Assembly (NCBI GenBank): GCA_000697335.1
Contig: JNEM01013732.1
Coordinates: 1 to 64,000, forward strand
Source of the DNA: Conidiobolus incongruus B7586
Lineage: Eukaryota
DNA: 64,000 nucleotides
Reading direction: 5' to 3'
Part shown: piece by piece, positions 25,970 to 40,542 of the stretch
How the letters are laid out: every line of letters begins with the position of its first letter
Position numbering within the stretch: the first letter of the stretch is position 1
The notes under the pieces: model-generated
Seen by the model: only the letters and a program-made list of their open reading frames with translations
Databases searched by the model: none
What the model was told of the DNA's origin: nothing
Position numbers and translations under genes: made by a program

Positions 25970-28746
25970 TTTCTAAAGTTAAATATGTATTATAATCTCA
26001 AGATATATAACTTGTTGGTTTAAAAAGATTTCATGACTGTTTTTATAAATAAAAATTATTAATTATAAAACAATCAGCTAATATGATATTTTTATGCTCT
26101 TTGATAAACCCTGACAATCAATAATTTATCTATCTTCCCATATTTATAATTTTGCATTTTTTTAATAACTTAAATAATCAAAATTTCTAATATTGAATAA
26201 TTGAATGTAAAATATTATATCACTGAGGATATTAATTAAATTTTTACTACAATGATAGACAAAAATTTGTATATATTTATTTATTCCATATAAAACTATG
26301 TTCCAAATTTTATTAAATATCAAGTAAATAACAATTTTCAACTATTTGATTAAATTTTCAATAGAAACCATGTATTGTAAAATTATTACATGAATTAATT
26401 TATAACATCTTTTTTCTCTGAATATTAAATTAAAATAATTTAATAGTAAATTTATTGTAGTATAATAATACCCATTTTATCAGAATAATAGTAAGATTAG
26501 GCATTAAAGACATAAATATAATTACATTCTAACATAATAGCTAAATGTATATTTTATTGACAAAAGCATTTAAAAAAAATATTTTTCAAAATAATTTTTA
26601 AAGTAATTTTTAAGATTGAATTTAGAAAAATTTAGGTTAATATAAACATAATTTGTGGGAATAAATTTCTTTTTAGAGATGATTATTTCATTTTCATTGT
26701 AATTTTATGTTTTCAAATTTTATCCTTATGCTTATTAAGATAATCCATGCGTTTTCATTTCTTTTATTGAAGATTATTAAAATTTGAGATAATTTTAATG
26801 ATGATGCCATTGGATAAGTAATAATCTAGCGGTGCAGACATATATTTTGATCTCTGATAGTTTCAATCTACAAAATATTTATCTATTTAGTGATTTATTA
26901 TATATTATTAATCTAATTATTTATAATTGAATTCAATATATTATTTTGAAAAATTAGTTATTATCATTTTTATTCTTTTATTTTGATTATTAATTAAAAT
27001 GTATTATTTCATCAATGTGTTCAGGAAATCAACGGTATTAAATTGAAATGTTCAATAAAAATTGAACTAAAGATATTTGGATAGTTTGAGTACCACTAAA
27101 GGAAATTTTTGTTTATATTTGTCATTGTTTATTGCCAATATATTGGTTAACAAAAATGCATCATTATCTTATAATCTCATCTTCTTATAATAAGGACTTG
27201 TGATATATATATATACATTAGAAATCGTTACAGACTAGAAGATGCAATAATGTTCTAATTCCTTATTTTGATTAATATAGGATTCGCAATTATCAGAGAA
27301 AAAAAGATATAGTTGGACGTTAGATTTTTCAACAATATCATTGCTGAAATCGGTCAAAAAGAATATACAGTTTTGATTATTGTATCTAGGAAATTTATTA
27401 TCTCTTTGCTATGAGAATAAATGTGGTATCAACTCTCTTGAATCAAAAATGTTTTAATGCATGCCATTAAATATAGTCAAGTTTACTTTGAATTGTACTC
27501 TGAATAGCATTTATTATTTAGTAAATTTATATTTAACCTATTTGATCCAGTTTCAAATGATGCCATATTGATATTTCAATAATATATTTTCAGTATTTTA
27601 ATGATATTGAGATGTTCAATTTACAATTGAAATAATCTGATTCAATCAAAAAATTTTATATAAAGTTATATAATTATAAGTAGGTGAGATTCGCTACTAA
27701 AAATATTATCTCTTAAACATAAATTCAATGTTGTAAATAAACATATGAATCGAAATGAATTTCTATCAGAATTTATCTCAACAAACGATCAAGTATTGAA
27801 AGATTAAATCATAATTAATTCTGTACTTACAAAAGGATAACAGTTTATGATATAATGAGATATATAACAAAACTAAACTAATATATTTTGTTTATAAATT
27901 TATATATTTAATAACGATATTTTCATTTCGATTTATTAAAATTGTTATTATTGTTTATTATCGATTCATTGAATTAAGTATTAAGGATAAAAAATGTTAA
28001 AATAATATATTGAATACATTTTGATATTATTTATATAATCACTAATATTAATTCTGAGATTTTCAGACATTTTGTCACACATAAATTTAACAAATGTAAA
28101 TAGATTTTTCGGTTAATTCTAAGTTTATATATATCGATACTAGATTGAAATATATTTTGGTGAATTATATACATGTAGAAATAGTATATTTTTCTATATT
28201 TATTAAATAACGAAAACAATATTAGCTATATATATTCTTGTAGAGATCATGATTTTATTATAAAGTCGCTGATTGAAGTGTGGTATTTTAAACTCAACTT
28301 TACTGATGTCTTATTTTCAATTTTATAAAATGTTTTGTATTATTTTAGATGAGATTATTATTATGATTTAAACTATTATTGTCGTATAGATTTTGATTAA
28401 AATATAGCTGCCATGTACTAATCTATAAAAAAAAGTTTTCTATTGAATACAAAAATATTGTTATTTTTCCAATATTTCTAATGTTTAATATAGTTAAATA
28501 ATAAATAAAACATTTTTATAGTTAAAATTAATATGTTATACAACAATAGTACAATGATTTCATTTTGGATTAAATGAACAAGATTTATTTTTAATAAAAA
28601 AAGATTAGATATTATTATCAACTTAATAATAATTAAAGCAGAAATATTATTAATAAATGATTAAGAAAAAATGAAGATTATTTAAATTTTTGGACATTTG
28701 GTGATGATATATGCATGCTGAATTGAAATGGTGAAATATGCTAGAC

Positions 28747-29907
28747 TTAAATGACTAAATAATGTGTGAATTTTTCACTCTCCTCATGCACTAACATTTC
28801 ATTGCGCTTGTATTCGTTTAGCTCGCGTTTGATGTCTAAAGTATTCAGCATGTTTTGCTCTAAGTCAACTCCCATCCTGCGGTCATACTCTTCGTCGCAG
28901 TAAGTTTCAAATATGACTACAAATTCGTTAAATCTGAAATGCTTGCCGTTTGTATACTTTTTAGAGCGTCCGACTTTGCTCAGTGTTCTAGTCCTAGATT
29001 TTCTCTTCTCTTTCATGGGTGTAGTGTCGTCCATTGAGGGTGTGGTTGATCTTGTCTTGAGGATGCCCTTGCGAGGTGCATCTTGTGCTTCCATTGACAC
29101 AATTTTACCCTTTTCATCCACCATGTATAGGCTCCTCGCATTGCCTACTGGTGGTACAGAGTGAGATTTGGGACGTTGCTTATCCTCATCAGTATCTGTT
29201 TCACCTGAACCGGATGTGGCAGAGCAGATGGAGCCCTTACGCTCCCTCTGCCTAGGAATTTGGTCATTTTTCAAGTCTTCAGTGGTTTCCATCAATATTT
29301 CACCAGCTTTATTCTGATAATTGATGACCTCCTGAATCATAGAAGGCGGTACAGAGGCTAAAGAACTCTCATCGGGAGGGAGACCGGGATTCGGAGAATC
29401 CATTTCAGCCAGTTTTCCAGCTTCTTTATCAAGGTTTTCAAGAGTTGAAAGTGTATTAAACTGGTCTTTCCACACAAATTTTAAGAATTTTACAAATCTT
29501 CCCATTGCAGAACTTGACTTTCTTGACAAACTCTTGCTCTCGAGCTTCTTGTTTTTAAAATCTTCTATAGATTGCTCGGTAGTGGTAGGATTACCGAGAG
29601 AGCATCTTCTATCGAATTTGGTCCCAGTCGGTACAATAGGTGAAATAGGCTCAGGTGGCATGGATTCTGATTTGTGTATAGGTTCGCCATGTAATTCTGG
29701 GACGGGCTCTTCTACAAGAGGCTTGTCAGAATCGATGATTTTAGGAGGCTGAATCTGGTTCTGTAGATTGATTTCTCCATGATCAAATAATTGAGTTGCC
29801 ATTGAGAATCGCCTTCGTCTCTTCTCGAGCTCATCACTCGATTTAGGCCCTTCGGTTTTGTATATTTTGCCAAAATTATCACTTCTAGCATCCAGTAATA
29901 CTGTCAT
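28747..29907 (-). CDS. Bni4/Phactr-like protein phosphatase 1 regulatory protein
   Basis: RKGILK (SILK-type motif) and an RVxF-like KHFRF. C-terminus ETYCDEEYDRR...IKRELNEYKRNEMLVHEESEKFTHY is typical of the Bni4/Phactr PP1-binding module. Confidence 0.75.
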   Translation of the reverse strand: MTVLLDARSDNFGKIYKTEGPKSSDELEKRRRRFSMATQLFDHGEINLQNQIQPPKIIDSDKPLVEEPVPELHGEPIHKSESMPPEPISPIVPTGTKFDRRCSLGNPTTTEQSIEDFKNKKLESKSLSRKSSSAMGRFVKFLKFVWKDQFNTLSTLENLDKEAGKLAEMDSPNPGLPPDESSLASVPPSMIQEVINYQNKAGEILMETTEDLKNDQIPRQRERKGSICSATSGSGETDTDEDKQRPKSHSVPPVGNARSLYMVDEKGKIVSMEAQDAPRKGILKTRSTTPSMDDTTPMKEKRKSRTRTLSKVGRSKKYTNGKHFRFNEFVVIFETYCDEEYDRRMGVDLEQNMLNTLDIKRELNEYKRNEMLVHEESEKFTHYLVI

Positions 29908-31671
29908 CTTTGCAATATTATTAATAATTAAACTACAGGATGAAATTGATTATAATCGATTTAATTAATAATTTTTTTGTATCAATTTATCCTCAAAAAT
30001 TAAATTTTAAAAGAAATTAATTTCAATATCGAAAATACTCAATATATATATATATATCTGGTAAATATAAAAAAATTAAGTATAATATAGAGAAAGAAGA
30101 GTTAAAAATAATTTAGAAACTATGAAATATTTAAATAATACCACCAATTTTGGATGAACATACTAAGAATTCAATTGCAAACTGGACTATTTGTATCAAT
30201 TTCACCAATTCATCAAATTCAATTTGAAACCCAATTTTTTAGGTTAAATTTAATTTTTTAATCCTCTTTTACTTAGCTCAGGTCATTCAGTTTAAAATTG
30301 TTTTGCTTAGTGAACTATCATTGGCTAAGTATTAGTCAGCTGAGTGGTTAGTCTACTTAGGTTCGATTCATAAAATTATTGATTTGTTAGCTTATTGTCA
30401 AGGTGTGAGTGAGACCCCTGTATATTATTACAGTTTGATTGGTTCATTTCAAAAAGGTCTTAAAAATGTCTTAGACATAATTGATTCCAAATCTGGGATT
30501 TAATATTACCAGATTAATCAAGGAAATCTGATAATATTAGTTAAATCAATCAAGTTTGTTAATCGATGAGATTGAATACTGAAGAATTTACAATATAGAG
30601 CTAATTTTATTGTATATATGTAACTGAATAAAATTTCTCTTTGATATGTCAGGTATATGTTTGATTAGTAGATTATATTGTTTATAATCATCATTTAATA
30701 ATTTTAATCAATAAAAATAATCGAAATATATTATACTTCTCGATTTTATACCAATTTTATGATTATTTACTCACTAATATTAAAATTGATTAATATAACT
30801 AAATTTATAAATTTTACTTTTCAATGATATAAAATCTATATAATGAATTGATCGATGATCAAGTAATCATAGTTTCAAAATTATATATTATTATATTTAA
30901 TTAATTTATATTAGTAAGTTAAATATATTCAACGGTTATAAAGCATATATTTGATAACTATATTCAAAATATAGTTATATATATTTTTGATTAATATTTT
31001 TTTTAATTTGAAAATTGCTAATATATTTAAATTAAAATATTATTAAAGACAATGATAAATTGATATTATTTTAATTGAGATAAATTATTAATTTCTATAT
31101 TTATAGCAATTTAAATAATATACTCAATTTATTGGTCAATTTTGTTATTATCAATATTGTGTTTGCTGATAAAAAATATTATATCTATAATTAAATTTAT
31201 TATTTTTCATTACTCAATAATTTTTACTAAATTCTACCCAAATAGTTTAATTTATTTAGCTGATAAAATATAATAAAAAATTTTCATCACAGTCTAATAG
31301 TTATAATGATATATCAATATACTTTTTCATTTATCAAGGATGGCTATAGCACGCATAAGTGTTCTAATACGAATTGTATATTTTATGATTTATTCTAAAT
31401 TATTTAATAAAATATTAAATTATACCAAATATCAATATTTATATTTAATATAATAAGTATTGATTATTGATTGGTAATATATATTTGCTTGAACCTTTAG
31501 TTAAACAAATTTAAATATTATTATGTTCATATTAAAGAATACTATATTCATCAAAAAATTTTTATAATAGAATCATATCCCATAATTTTTAATTTCATCA
31601 ATAAAGTGCATAAACTCTTAATATTCAGAATTCTGAATATAAAAATACAAAATATACTGAATAAGTATATA

Positions 31672-31944
31672 ATGAGTACGCAAGGATCACCACAAACACC
31701 CAATTATCACTGGGATACTGTCAATCTATCATACCATACCGATAATACAAGCATACCACGAGCTCAACTCAATCTTCGATATGGATTAAGTATTCACAGT
31801 ATTCCGGAACAAATGAAAGTTTAGATAAATCCACAATGTTTATAATTTCAACTAATTAAACAGAGCTTAGTCAATTTACAAGCTCAAGATTATCTTATCG
31901 AGCAATTGATGGCAAACAGGACCTATTATATTAATAGGAACTAA
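31672..31944 (+). CDS. Small hypothetical protein (75 aa), two exons 31672-31818 and 31864-31944
   Basis: A 45-nt GT...CTAAT...CAG intron joins MSTQGSPQTPNYHWDTV...IPEQMK to SLVNLQAQDYLIEQLMANRTYYINRN* in frame. Confidence 0.55.
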
Positions 31945-33017
31945 CTTCAAACAGGGAAATATTTTCAAAAATATCAACGAGTAAATCAGCAATAATTATT
32001 CAATGTTAATTGAGAGAATTGAGTTAGATTTTGAGAATTTTTAAAATTATATCAAATGGGATTAGAAGTTTGTAAAAAAAATTAGCATTATTTTATAATA
32101 TTTCGAAGTAACAATATCTTTATTAAATTAAATTCAAATATATTTATCAGTTTAAATTAGTAAAAATCAGATAAAAAAATTACCTTCTACTTGGACCCAT
32201 ATACCCAATTTAGATTGATTAAAATTTGGTATTCAATATTTACGAGAATTCATCAATTGTGTGCTAAGGGTTTGACATCATGTGGACTGCTATTCAAGTA
32301 ATTATATTATATTTTTATTCCATATATACAATCGCTAATGGATTTTGAAGTTACCTAGTCCCATTAATCCAAATGCAAGAGTATGTCCCACTAACTGTAG
32401 CTTTAATGAGCTTAATTTCTAGATTATTCGCATGTTTAAAATTAATCAAACACGATTCTAAAAACTAATCTTATTATTGATTCATTGTCTTAAGATGACT
32501 AATGTAAGAGTTCGATAATATAAATGATTATAAGTGATTAAATGTATGGTTAGAGTGAGCACTTAATGACAGAAGGTTGGACATTAAAAGAATTTTTACC
32601 TAAAATGGATAAAAAGGGAAAATTAGTAAACTAAAGAGTAAGCTGTTGTTAATTTCATTTGATATATATTTATAATCGTTAATTTGGTTATAAATAATCC
32701 AAATGGGTTGGATATTAAGCCAAAAAAGAAGAAATCTTCAGTACCCCCAGTTAATTTAGACAATAATCTAGGAGGTAACATAAATCATTCAATAATATTA
32801 ACTAAGCTAACCAAACGTTTTTTAGAACCTGTTTAAGTTAAAATTGAAATCAAACATAAATACTCTTAATGGTCGATGAAAAATCCTATTAAAATGATTA
32901 ATAAAAAATATAAGTAATATGCCAATATCAAGTTATATTTCGAATTCAATTATCAAAATAAAGCCAAGTATTCCAATATAATTAATGAAAAATAAAAATG
33001 AATCATGGCAGTTTTAT

Positions 33018-35824
33018 TTAATTGAAGTTAAAAGATTGCTCAAATTTAGGAGGATTAGCAAGTGATTGTAATTCAGCAAAGAGGGCAAACACTCGGGAAT
33101 CAACCTCTTTGGTGAATGTGATATTTTCCAAAGTTACCATGAAAGGTGAGTAAATTTCGAGGTAATCGCGACCGAATTCTCTGAAGCGACCAGCCATAAT
33201 TCTGAAGAGTGTATCTTCGGCGTGATTGCGGCCCTGGCTGTCCAAATGGGCTAAATATTTGGATAAAATAGAGCAAAAGCCTTGGAATACGAGGAAAATG
33301 TTATTTTTCAATTCTTGTCTAGCAGATGTTAAATTAGTTTGAAGTGATGAAATTTCGTCGGCATAAGGGTCAAAATCATCGGTTTGCATAGAGTCCTCAG
33401 GTGTCAAGCGTTTGATCTGAGTTTCAATATCTAAAATCCAATATCTCAATTTGTTAATTGTGTTTTGTAAAATCTCCCAAATGTGGGCGCGATGATAATG
33501 CTGCATAGCATTTTCACTAAATAGATAGTTGATAATATTTGCGGATGTAATAAGATTGTAGTTGGTGAATTTGTCGAGTTGGATACCCATCCATTGGGGA
33601 ATGGGAGCCCAAAATGATACAACGATTTGAACGAGGTGATCTTTAGCTGCATCACTATCGATCAAAAATTTGAAAATAGCAGAATAGCGTTCAATGACAT
33701 TCAGCATATGACTGAAACTCTTACTACCTTGGACAAGAAGTGTTTCTATAACAATTTCACGGATAAGATCAGCTGTTAACTCAGGATTAGCGCTTGCTTC
33801 ATTAATACAATGCTTAATCATATTGATATCCGCCTTGGATTTGATGAAACCATCTAGTTGTTGTTGGAGTTGGAGTTGAGCTTGAGGTGTATTTTCTTCA
33901 ATATTTTTGAATTTATAGTGGGGTTCTGGGCTCAAATCGCCAATCAAAGCTTGTAAAGGCTCGGGAACGGCTTCTTTAATTCTTTCATAGTAAGCAAGAC
34001 GAATGCATTTTTCTAAAGTTCCAGCAACGAAAATTCTACGGAAATCGACAGGTTCTAAGTCCCAAACAGGGCCAAATGATTCAAAGTCCCATTTATATTC
34101 AATGTGACTAAGGTGATGACTTAACCAATTGTAGAGACGGTTGATGCATCCGATATCGAGATCGGAAATCTGTTCGTAAATACCGGGCACAGCATTCTTT
34201 AAGGCAAATGTAAAAGCAACAGGTGAACTCTTGATCCCTTCAACGATTAAAACACCATAGTAAACAGGCTTGTGGCAAGGACTGGGCAATGTTAAAATTT
34301 TGTTAAAAATGCATTCAATAATAATTTTTTCTAAGCTTAATAAACTTTGAGATACAGAAATCTCACCAGCTTCTTGTTCTGGATCTATTTCTTTAGCGGT
34401 GTAGAAAGTTTCAGCAGGGAATGATGATGGGATAGACAAGACATATTTGATACATTCTCTGCGATTATGTTCCATTAAATCAATGAGGTCGGATATGACA
34501 TCTGAAATGATATAATAAGCAGGTGATTGACATTTGGTTAAATGCTCAGAATAACAAAAGAATACATTGGTAGGTGTGGGATAAGTGACTGATGAGTCAT
34601 GGGGAACAGGGTTGAATTCAGGAACATCGTGTTGGAGAGCAGATCCCAAAGTTGATTCAAATAAAGTATAGGGTTTGGGAAGAATTTGAGCGTCCCAATT
34701 CTGTTCTTTCAACTTGAGCATTTGAGCCCAGAGTAATTCCAATTTGTCACTGGGAACTTCTGAGTATCCCTTTTGATGCACAGTTAAAACTTGTAATCTA
34801 GGATCTTGAAGTGTTTTACGAGCATTTATGTATTTTTCAATTGATTCGAAAATTCTGTTAAAGTCGTGAGGATTACGCTCACTTAAATCTCTGGCTGCCC
34901 AAGGCAAAGAAGCCAATACCAACCCAACCATACAATCAATGCGGTCCTAAGAATATGATTAGTAAACTTAGAATACTAAATAATGCATCGAATAATACTT
35001 TGATTGGGTTTTCTTCATTTAATACAGATAATAGGTTGTTATAAATAGCAATAAGATTAGAAGATAAAATCATATTTGAGTTAACTAATTCAGCGAAGAA
35101 TCGAAGCTAAAAGTTTGATTAATTACATGATAAATGGCAGATTTTAAGCTGTTGTCTTACTAATATTTTAGCCCTGCGCCAATCTCCAGTTTCTAAAGCG
35201 TGAGAGAAACCAGTGGATGCTCTATTGACAATTGCACCACCCAAATCATAATTGCGAGCGGTTAATAAGCCGACTAAAGTTCCGTAAATGGAGGATTTAT
35301 GTGGTAATTCAGAGATACTAATTATAAACATTAGTATAAGAATGTGTATTTAATATATATTATAGTATTTACCATTTTTCAAAAATATCTAAAATTAAAT
35401 CTGAATGCTTAGAGTAATCCTTCTCTAAAATTTCTGCTAAAGTTTCCAAATTATTTTGTAGATTTTTGGATATCTATTTAAAATTAGATAAATATAAAGT
35501 ATCAAATACAGGTATTAATAATATAGTTACATTATCTCCAACCCTAAGAATCAAATTTGAAAGCCGATGCTCGAAAGTATCTTCTTTAGGGGGTCCCTGA
35601 TTATAACCTCTACTTCTATTATTGTAGTGGCCTCTGTGGCGGTCTCTACCGTAGGGTTTATTGTGATCTAAAAGAAGAACTTAATATTGAAAATATTGTG
35701 ATAGTATAAATAAACATACGACCAGTTCTAAACCCTCTTGAAGCTTTATCTAAAATATAGTGCCAAAATTAGTAAAATGATAAATGTAATATAATTAAAA
35801 ATAAAATATACCGTAGTAAACCAT
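33018..35824 (-). CDS. CBC1: Nuclear cap-binding complex large subunit (CBP80/NCBP1/Sto1), MIF4G domains; multi-exon
   Basis: ELPHKSSIYGTLVGLL, WRRAKILLRFF, VLASLPW, WLSHHLSHIEYKWDF, KCIRLAYYERIKE and GSKSFSHMLNVIERY motifs. The 5' end consists of several tiny exons (ATG at 35824). Confidence 0.92.
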
Positions 35825-36998
35825 ATCGAATGCTCTTTTCAATATTTCAAAATAATGTGAGATAGATATATAATAAACTGAAAATAGTGTATATATTTAA
35901 ATTATTAAAGAAAAGGGTTGGTATATTAGTTGAAAATGTGAGTAATATTTTTATAAATGAGTATTATATTCAAAAAATATATAATTTCGTTATTTTAATC
36001 TATTATACCAATGTTGATTGCATCATAAACATTTTGGGGAAACACTTAATTTTTACCCTCTTTGATTCGATTATTATGATTATGGGATTAATTTATTTAT
36101 TTTGATCATAAAAATTAAATGAAACAAATATGTTAATATTGCCTTTAATATAACCTCTTTGAGATTAAAAATAAATCAAAAAACAAATATATTATATTTT
36201 TGTATATTTTTGGTTACGATGTTATAATTATTTATATAAATATTTGGAATTTAAATAGCATATTAAATATAGTTGAATTACTAATAACAGCAATTTTGGT
36301 TCAAGGTTCAACTTGATAACATAATATATCTTAAGGTCAATGATATTATATTATTAATAATACAAGCCTTAATAACTTATATATGAAATCATAAAATAGA
36401 TATTTTGTAAGGAAATATTATTTCTGAATTGGCAATGTACAATTCTGGTAATATGGATTCAATTCATATTAAAAATATTGAATGAATGAACAGAGCTATT
36501 TTAAAAGTTTGTATTTGATTAATTATAATTAAAAATACTTTTAAAAATTTTCAAGTAATTATACTGTTTATGCATCAAAATTGTTCAAAGCATACCTGTA
36601 TATAATAATAATATCCAATTGATTGTCAATTTGATTGAGATAATTAAACTGAATTGGTTAACTTTGGTAGCTAATATTATTTTGAAGAATATTTGTAGTG
36701 TATCATTTTGTAAAGTTTGCTATTTTTATATTATTCATCTCTTAAAAATAAACTGTTTTTAAAATCAATTTTAATTTTAAAATCTATCACTATATTGGAT
36801 TATTATACAATTTTAATTGTCAATTTATTACTTCAGTATATACAATTAAACTAAAATTTTTACTTAATGATAATAAATATCAATTTTCCAAGTCATTTAT
36901 ATAATTCACTCATATTAGTCTATCAAGCAAAAATTTTATTTAATTATATAAAATATTAAAATGTAATAATGGTGTTATTAACTAGATCAAAGAGACAC

Positions 36999-39858
36999 TT
37001 ATTCATCGTCGTTTTGAGTTTGTAAAGTACGTTTCCTAGATTGGTTAACCTTAACAATTTGTTTATATTGTAGTCCTAATGGAGTCTTGAACACATCAGT
37101 ATCGCGCATAAAGGTTTTCTAATTGCTATTATTAATAAACGGTATAAAATGATATTATAAAATCGCTTACCAAGCTGTTCAAATTGCTGGGATTAAATCT
37201 AACATTCTCTCTCTTCTGGCTAACGAAATCGGAAGTCTCTTTAATCTTGGTGAGTAGGACTTGAACGAATCTTGGAGTATTGGGAGCGGTTTTCTTAGCG
37301 AAACGTTTCAACTAAAATAAGTTCACATTAAAATCAAGGTTATATAATCAATGAAATATAATGACTTACGTATAAAGTGGTTGGTAAAACAATTTCAGGG
37401 AAAGCAATGGAGGTGGATAGACAGGAGAAGTAAGCCAAGAAACATTCGTTTACTAATCTAGAAAGTTCATCCTAATTAAAATTGAAATTAATATATTTCA
37501 GACTATTTAGAAAAAAATGAAAGCATACCTGATAAGGCTTAGTTCTTAACTGAGTCTTAGGAGCTTTGATAACTACATCGAAATTGAGAGGTTTTTCGGT
37601 AGAGGGCTTGGGCTTCTTTTGAAATTCATTAGATTCTAAGATCTAATAGCAATTGCATTAAGAAAAAAAGAACATATTAAGTAATATAAAAAATACCTCA
37701 ATTAAATATGGAGCAATAGGAATATAGATCTTGGTAGATTGCATAATGGGAATCAAAGCCTTGATACAGTGGAACTTCAAGGGGAAATACTTGGGACTGG
37801 GAATTAAACTCAAAGTTCCGAGAGTAACTTGAACGAAAGGATAAATCAAAGGTTTAAGAGGAGATTCGCCATTTTCTTGCTCTAATTTAACATTACAATA
37901 GCTGCACAATACTTGAGACCAAAAGTAAATGCTATGGATGAATTGAAAGTTGTATACTTGTTGGTAAGAGTCTTTGGTTTTGTTAGTAAGAGAGGCTCTT
38001 AAGTGCATTGCAAGACGTCTGATAAATTGAAAGGCATATTGGTAACTGACAGCGAAATCTTGACCAAATAATTCGACACCACAATTGCGCATCATTTCAA
38101 TTTGAGGTAAATTGAAGGCAGTAATGTTTTTGGTATTTCTGATATAAGACATATATACACCCTAAATAATTTACCATTAAAGATACAAATCAGACAATAT
38201 GAAATAATAGTTACCTTGAGAGCAAGTTCTAAGAACTCTTTGGAAGTTCTTGATAAGTTCTTGAGAGTAATGAAAGCCAAAAGTCTAACTTTATCATCTT
38301 GAGCAGAACCGAATAATTTTAATAAAGTTTTGACTAAATCTCTAGATAATTTAGGGAAACTGGCGAAATAAACCAAGATGGATTCGAAGCGATCAAGCAT
38401 AAAGGTCAACATAGTGGGCTCAGTTAACTGTTGAAGCATATGGAGACAGCTGGAGAGGTAAGATTTGGCTAACAAATGAATAGCTTTCCAGTTTTGGTAA
38501 GTATTAGGTAATTTGTTGTTATTGGGTTTAAATTTGAGAGTTTCGTTAAAGAAAGCAGGTACAAGTTTCATTGTCTTGACCATGAGTTGATTGAAAACTA
38601 GAAATATAAATGAGAATTTGAAATAATGATTTTATCACAAATTTTGATTACCTTTATCGTTGTTAATCTTGTATTTGGATGGCTGAGCTTCTTCACCTTC
38701 TTTCTTTTGATCATGAAGATGAGCACCAACTTTGAAAGCACTTAACAACTGATTACAAGCTTTCAAAGATTTTTTCTAAAACAAAGGGTCAGATTTGATT
38801 GGAAATCCTATCAATTTAAGGACTATACCTCCGTAATTTGTTGTTCCCAACCTGAAATCAATTTCAAAGAAACCAAAACAGTTTTATCGGACTCCTAAGT
38901 TTGAAAGTCAATTGAAGTCATTTAAAATCCAAGAAAATTCTTACGTTAGCATCATCTTTGTCATCAGCTTCTTCATGGTCGTCAGCTTCATCTTCGTCCT
39001 CTTCTTCATCTTGAACATCAAAATCTAATAAAGCTTTGTCGTTTTCTTGAAGAAATTTGTAAAATTCAGGATCTTTCTCCTTTAAAGCAGCCATATCTTG
39101 TTTCATGGATTCAACAGCACCATCGACATCTTCTTCTTCTTCTTCTTCCTCATCTTCCTCATCTTCCTCATCATCATTTTCATCTTCGTTTTCATCATCA
39201 CTTATATCCATGGTAGTATCTTCATTATTTTCAATTTCGTTATCATCATCGCCTTCTTCGTCACTAACATCCATATCATTATTTTCTTCTTCGTCACTTG
39301 ATAATTCAACCTCATCTAAATATATGGTTAGAAAATTGAAAATAAAAGTCATAAATTATTTAAATTTACCCTGAAGTACTTCTAAACCTTCAAAATCATC
39401 GTCTAATTTAGATCCTTGACCTTTAGATTTTTTCTATATTAATTTAATTAATAATTACTTGTAAACATGTATTTAACATAATTACTGTAAGTTTCAATAG
39501 ATTAATTTCATTTTCTCCTCTATATTAAAACAATATTATTAGATATTGAATGACATATTACAAATAAAAATATAATTTTACTCTTCTTCAGAAGATTCTT
39601 CAATTACTTGAACTCTAGATTTATTCTTTAATTTTTCTTTTTCAGCAGCTAAACATGAATTGAAATATGAATAAACTGTAATAAAATTTATAATAAAAAA
39701 TAAAAACCTTTTTGTTTTAATTTTTCCTTCTTCAATTTTTCCTTTTCCTTCTTTAAATTTTTGTCTTTGATAGCTTTATTTTTTCTGCGTTGCTTTAAAT
39801 GACTTTGTAAATGTTTTTTATTGAATTTTTTAGTTCTCTTGTCGGTTCCTTTTGACAT
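36999..39858 (-). CDS. NOC2: Nucleolar complex protein 2; multi-exon
   Basis: N-terminal KRTKKFNKKHL, acidic tract, LKEKDPEFYKFLQENDKALLDF, YQYAFQFIRRLAMHLR, YQQVYNFQFIHSIYFW, LKPLIYPFVQV, YFPLKFHCI and SIAFPE. Confidence 0.93.
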
Positions 39859-40542
39859 TATGATTTATTGAACTAAATTAAAATCTATATTGAAGGTTTT
39901 ATATTATTTCTATTTAATTCAAAATTTATCAAATTGACCATTTTAACCTTTTATGTTATAATTTTGAAATTTTCAAATTATGGGATTATCGATTTTTCTA
40001 CATATCATTAAATCCTAAACCTTGGGTAGAAAATATTGTAAATAACACAGTATATTTTGTCATATAACGTCAGATAATTTTTAAGGTTGATAATAAAGTT
40101 AGTTCAAAACTTTTAAAACGATTATATATATATGAATAGCTTATTTTAATTCTCGAGACAATTAAATATATTTAATTCGTTGTTTAAATAATTTACAAAA
40201 AATCTACATTTAATCAAAGAGTAGTTGAAATGATGACTAATAAAACCAATTAATTTGATTGAGGAAAAACTTGAAATCAATTAGTAATAAACGTGAAAAA
40301 ATAAAATTTGCGATATATAAATGATTTATTGAAATCTAAAGATCTGATTTTTTTAGAATGAATCAAATAATACAAATTAAAATTAAACCTCAAATTAACT
40401 ATTAATTGTTAATTAACATTTTTAAAATTTGAAAAAAAAATATAGAATATATGATCGGTTGGATGAGTATCAACGGACGTACTGTAAATATGCATTGATG
40501 TTTAAATTTTGGGATAAGGGATCAAAAATAAATGTATAAATT

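Noticed and set aside
39098..39374. Poly-Ser and Phe/Ile-rich plus-strand ORFs
   Set aside because: Antisense reading of the NOC2 acidic GAA/GAT tract.
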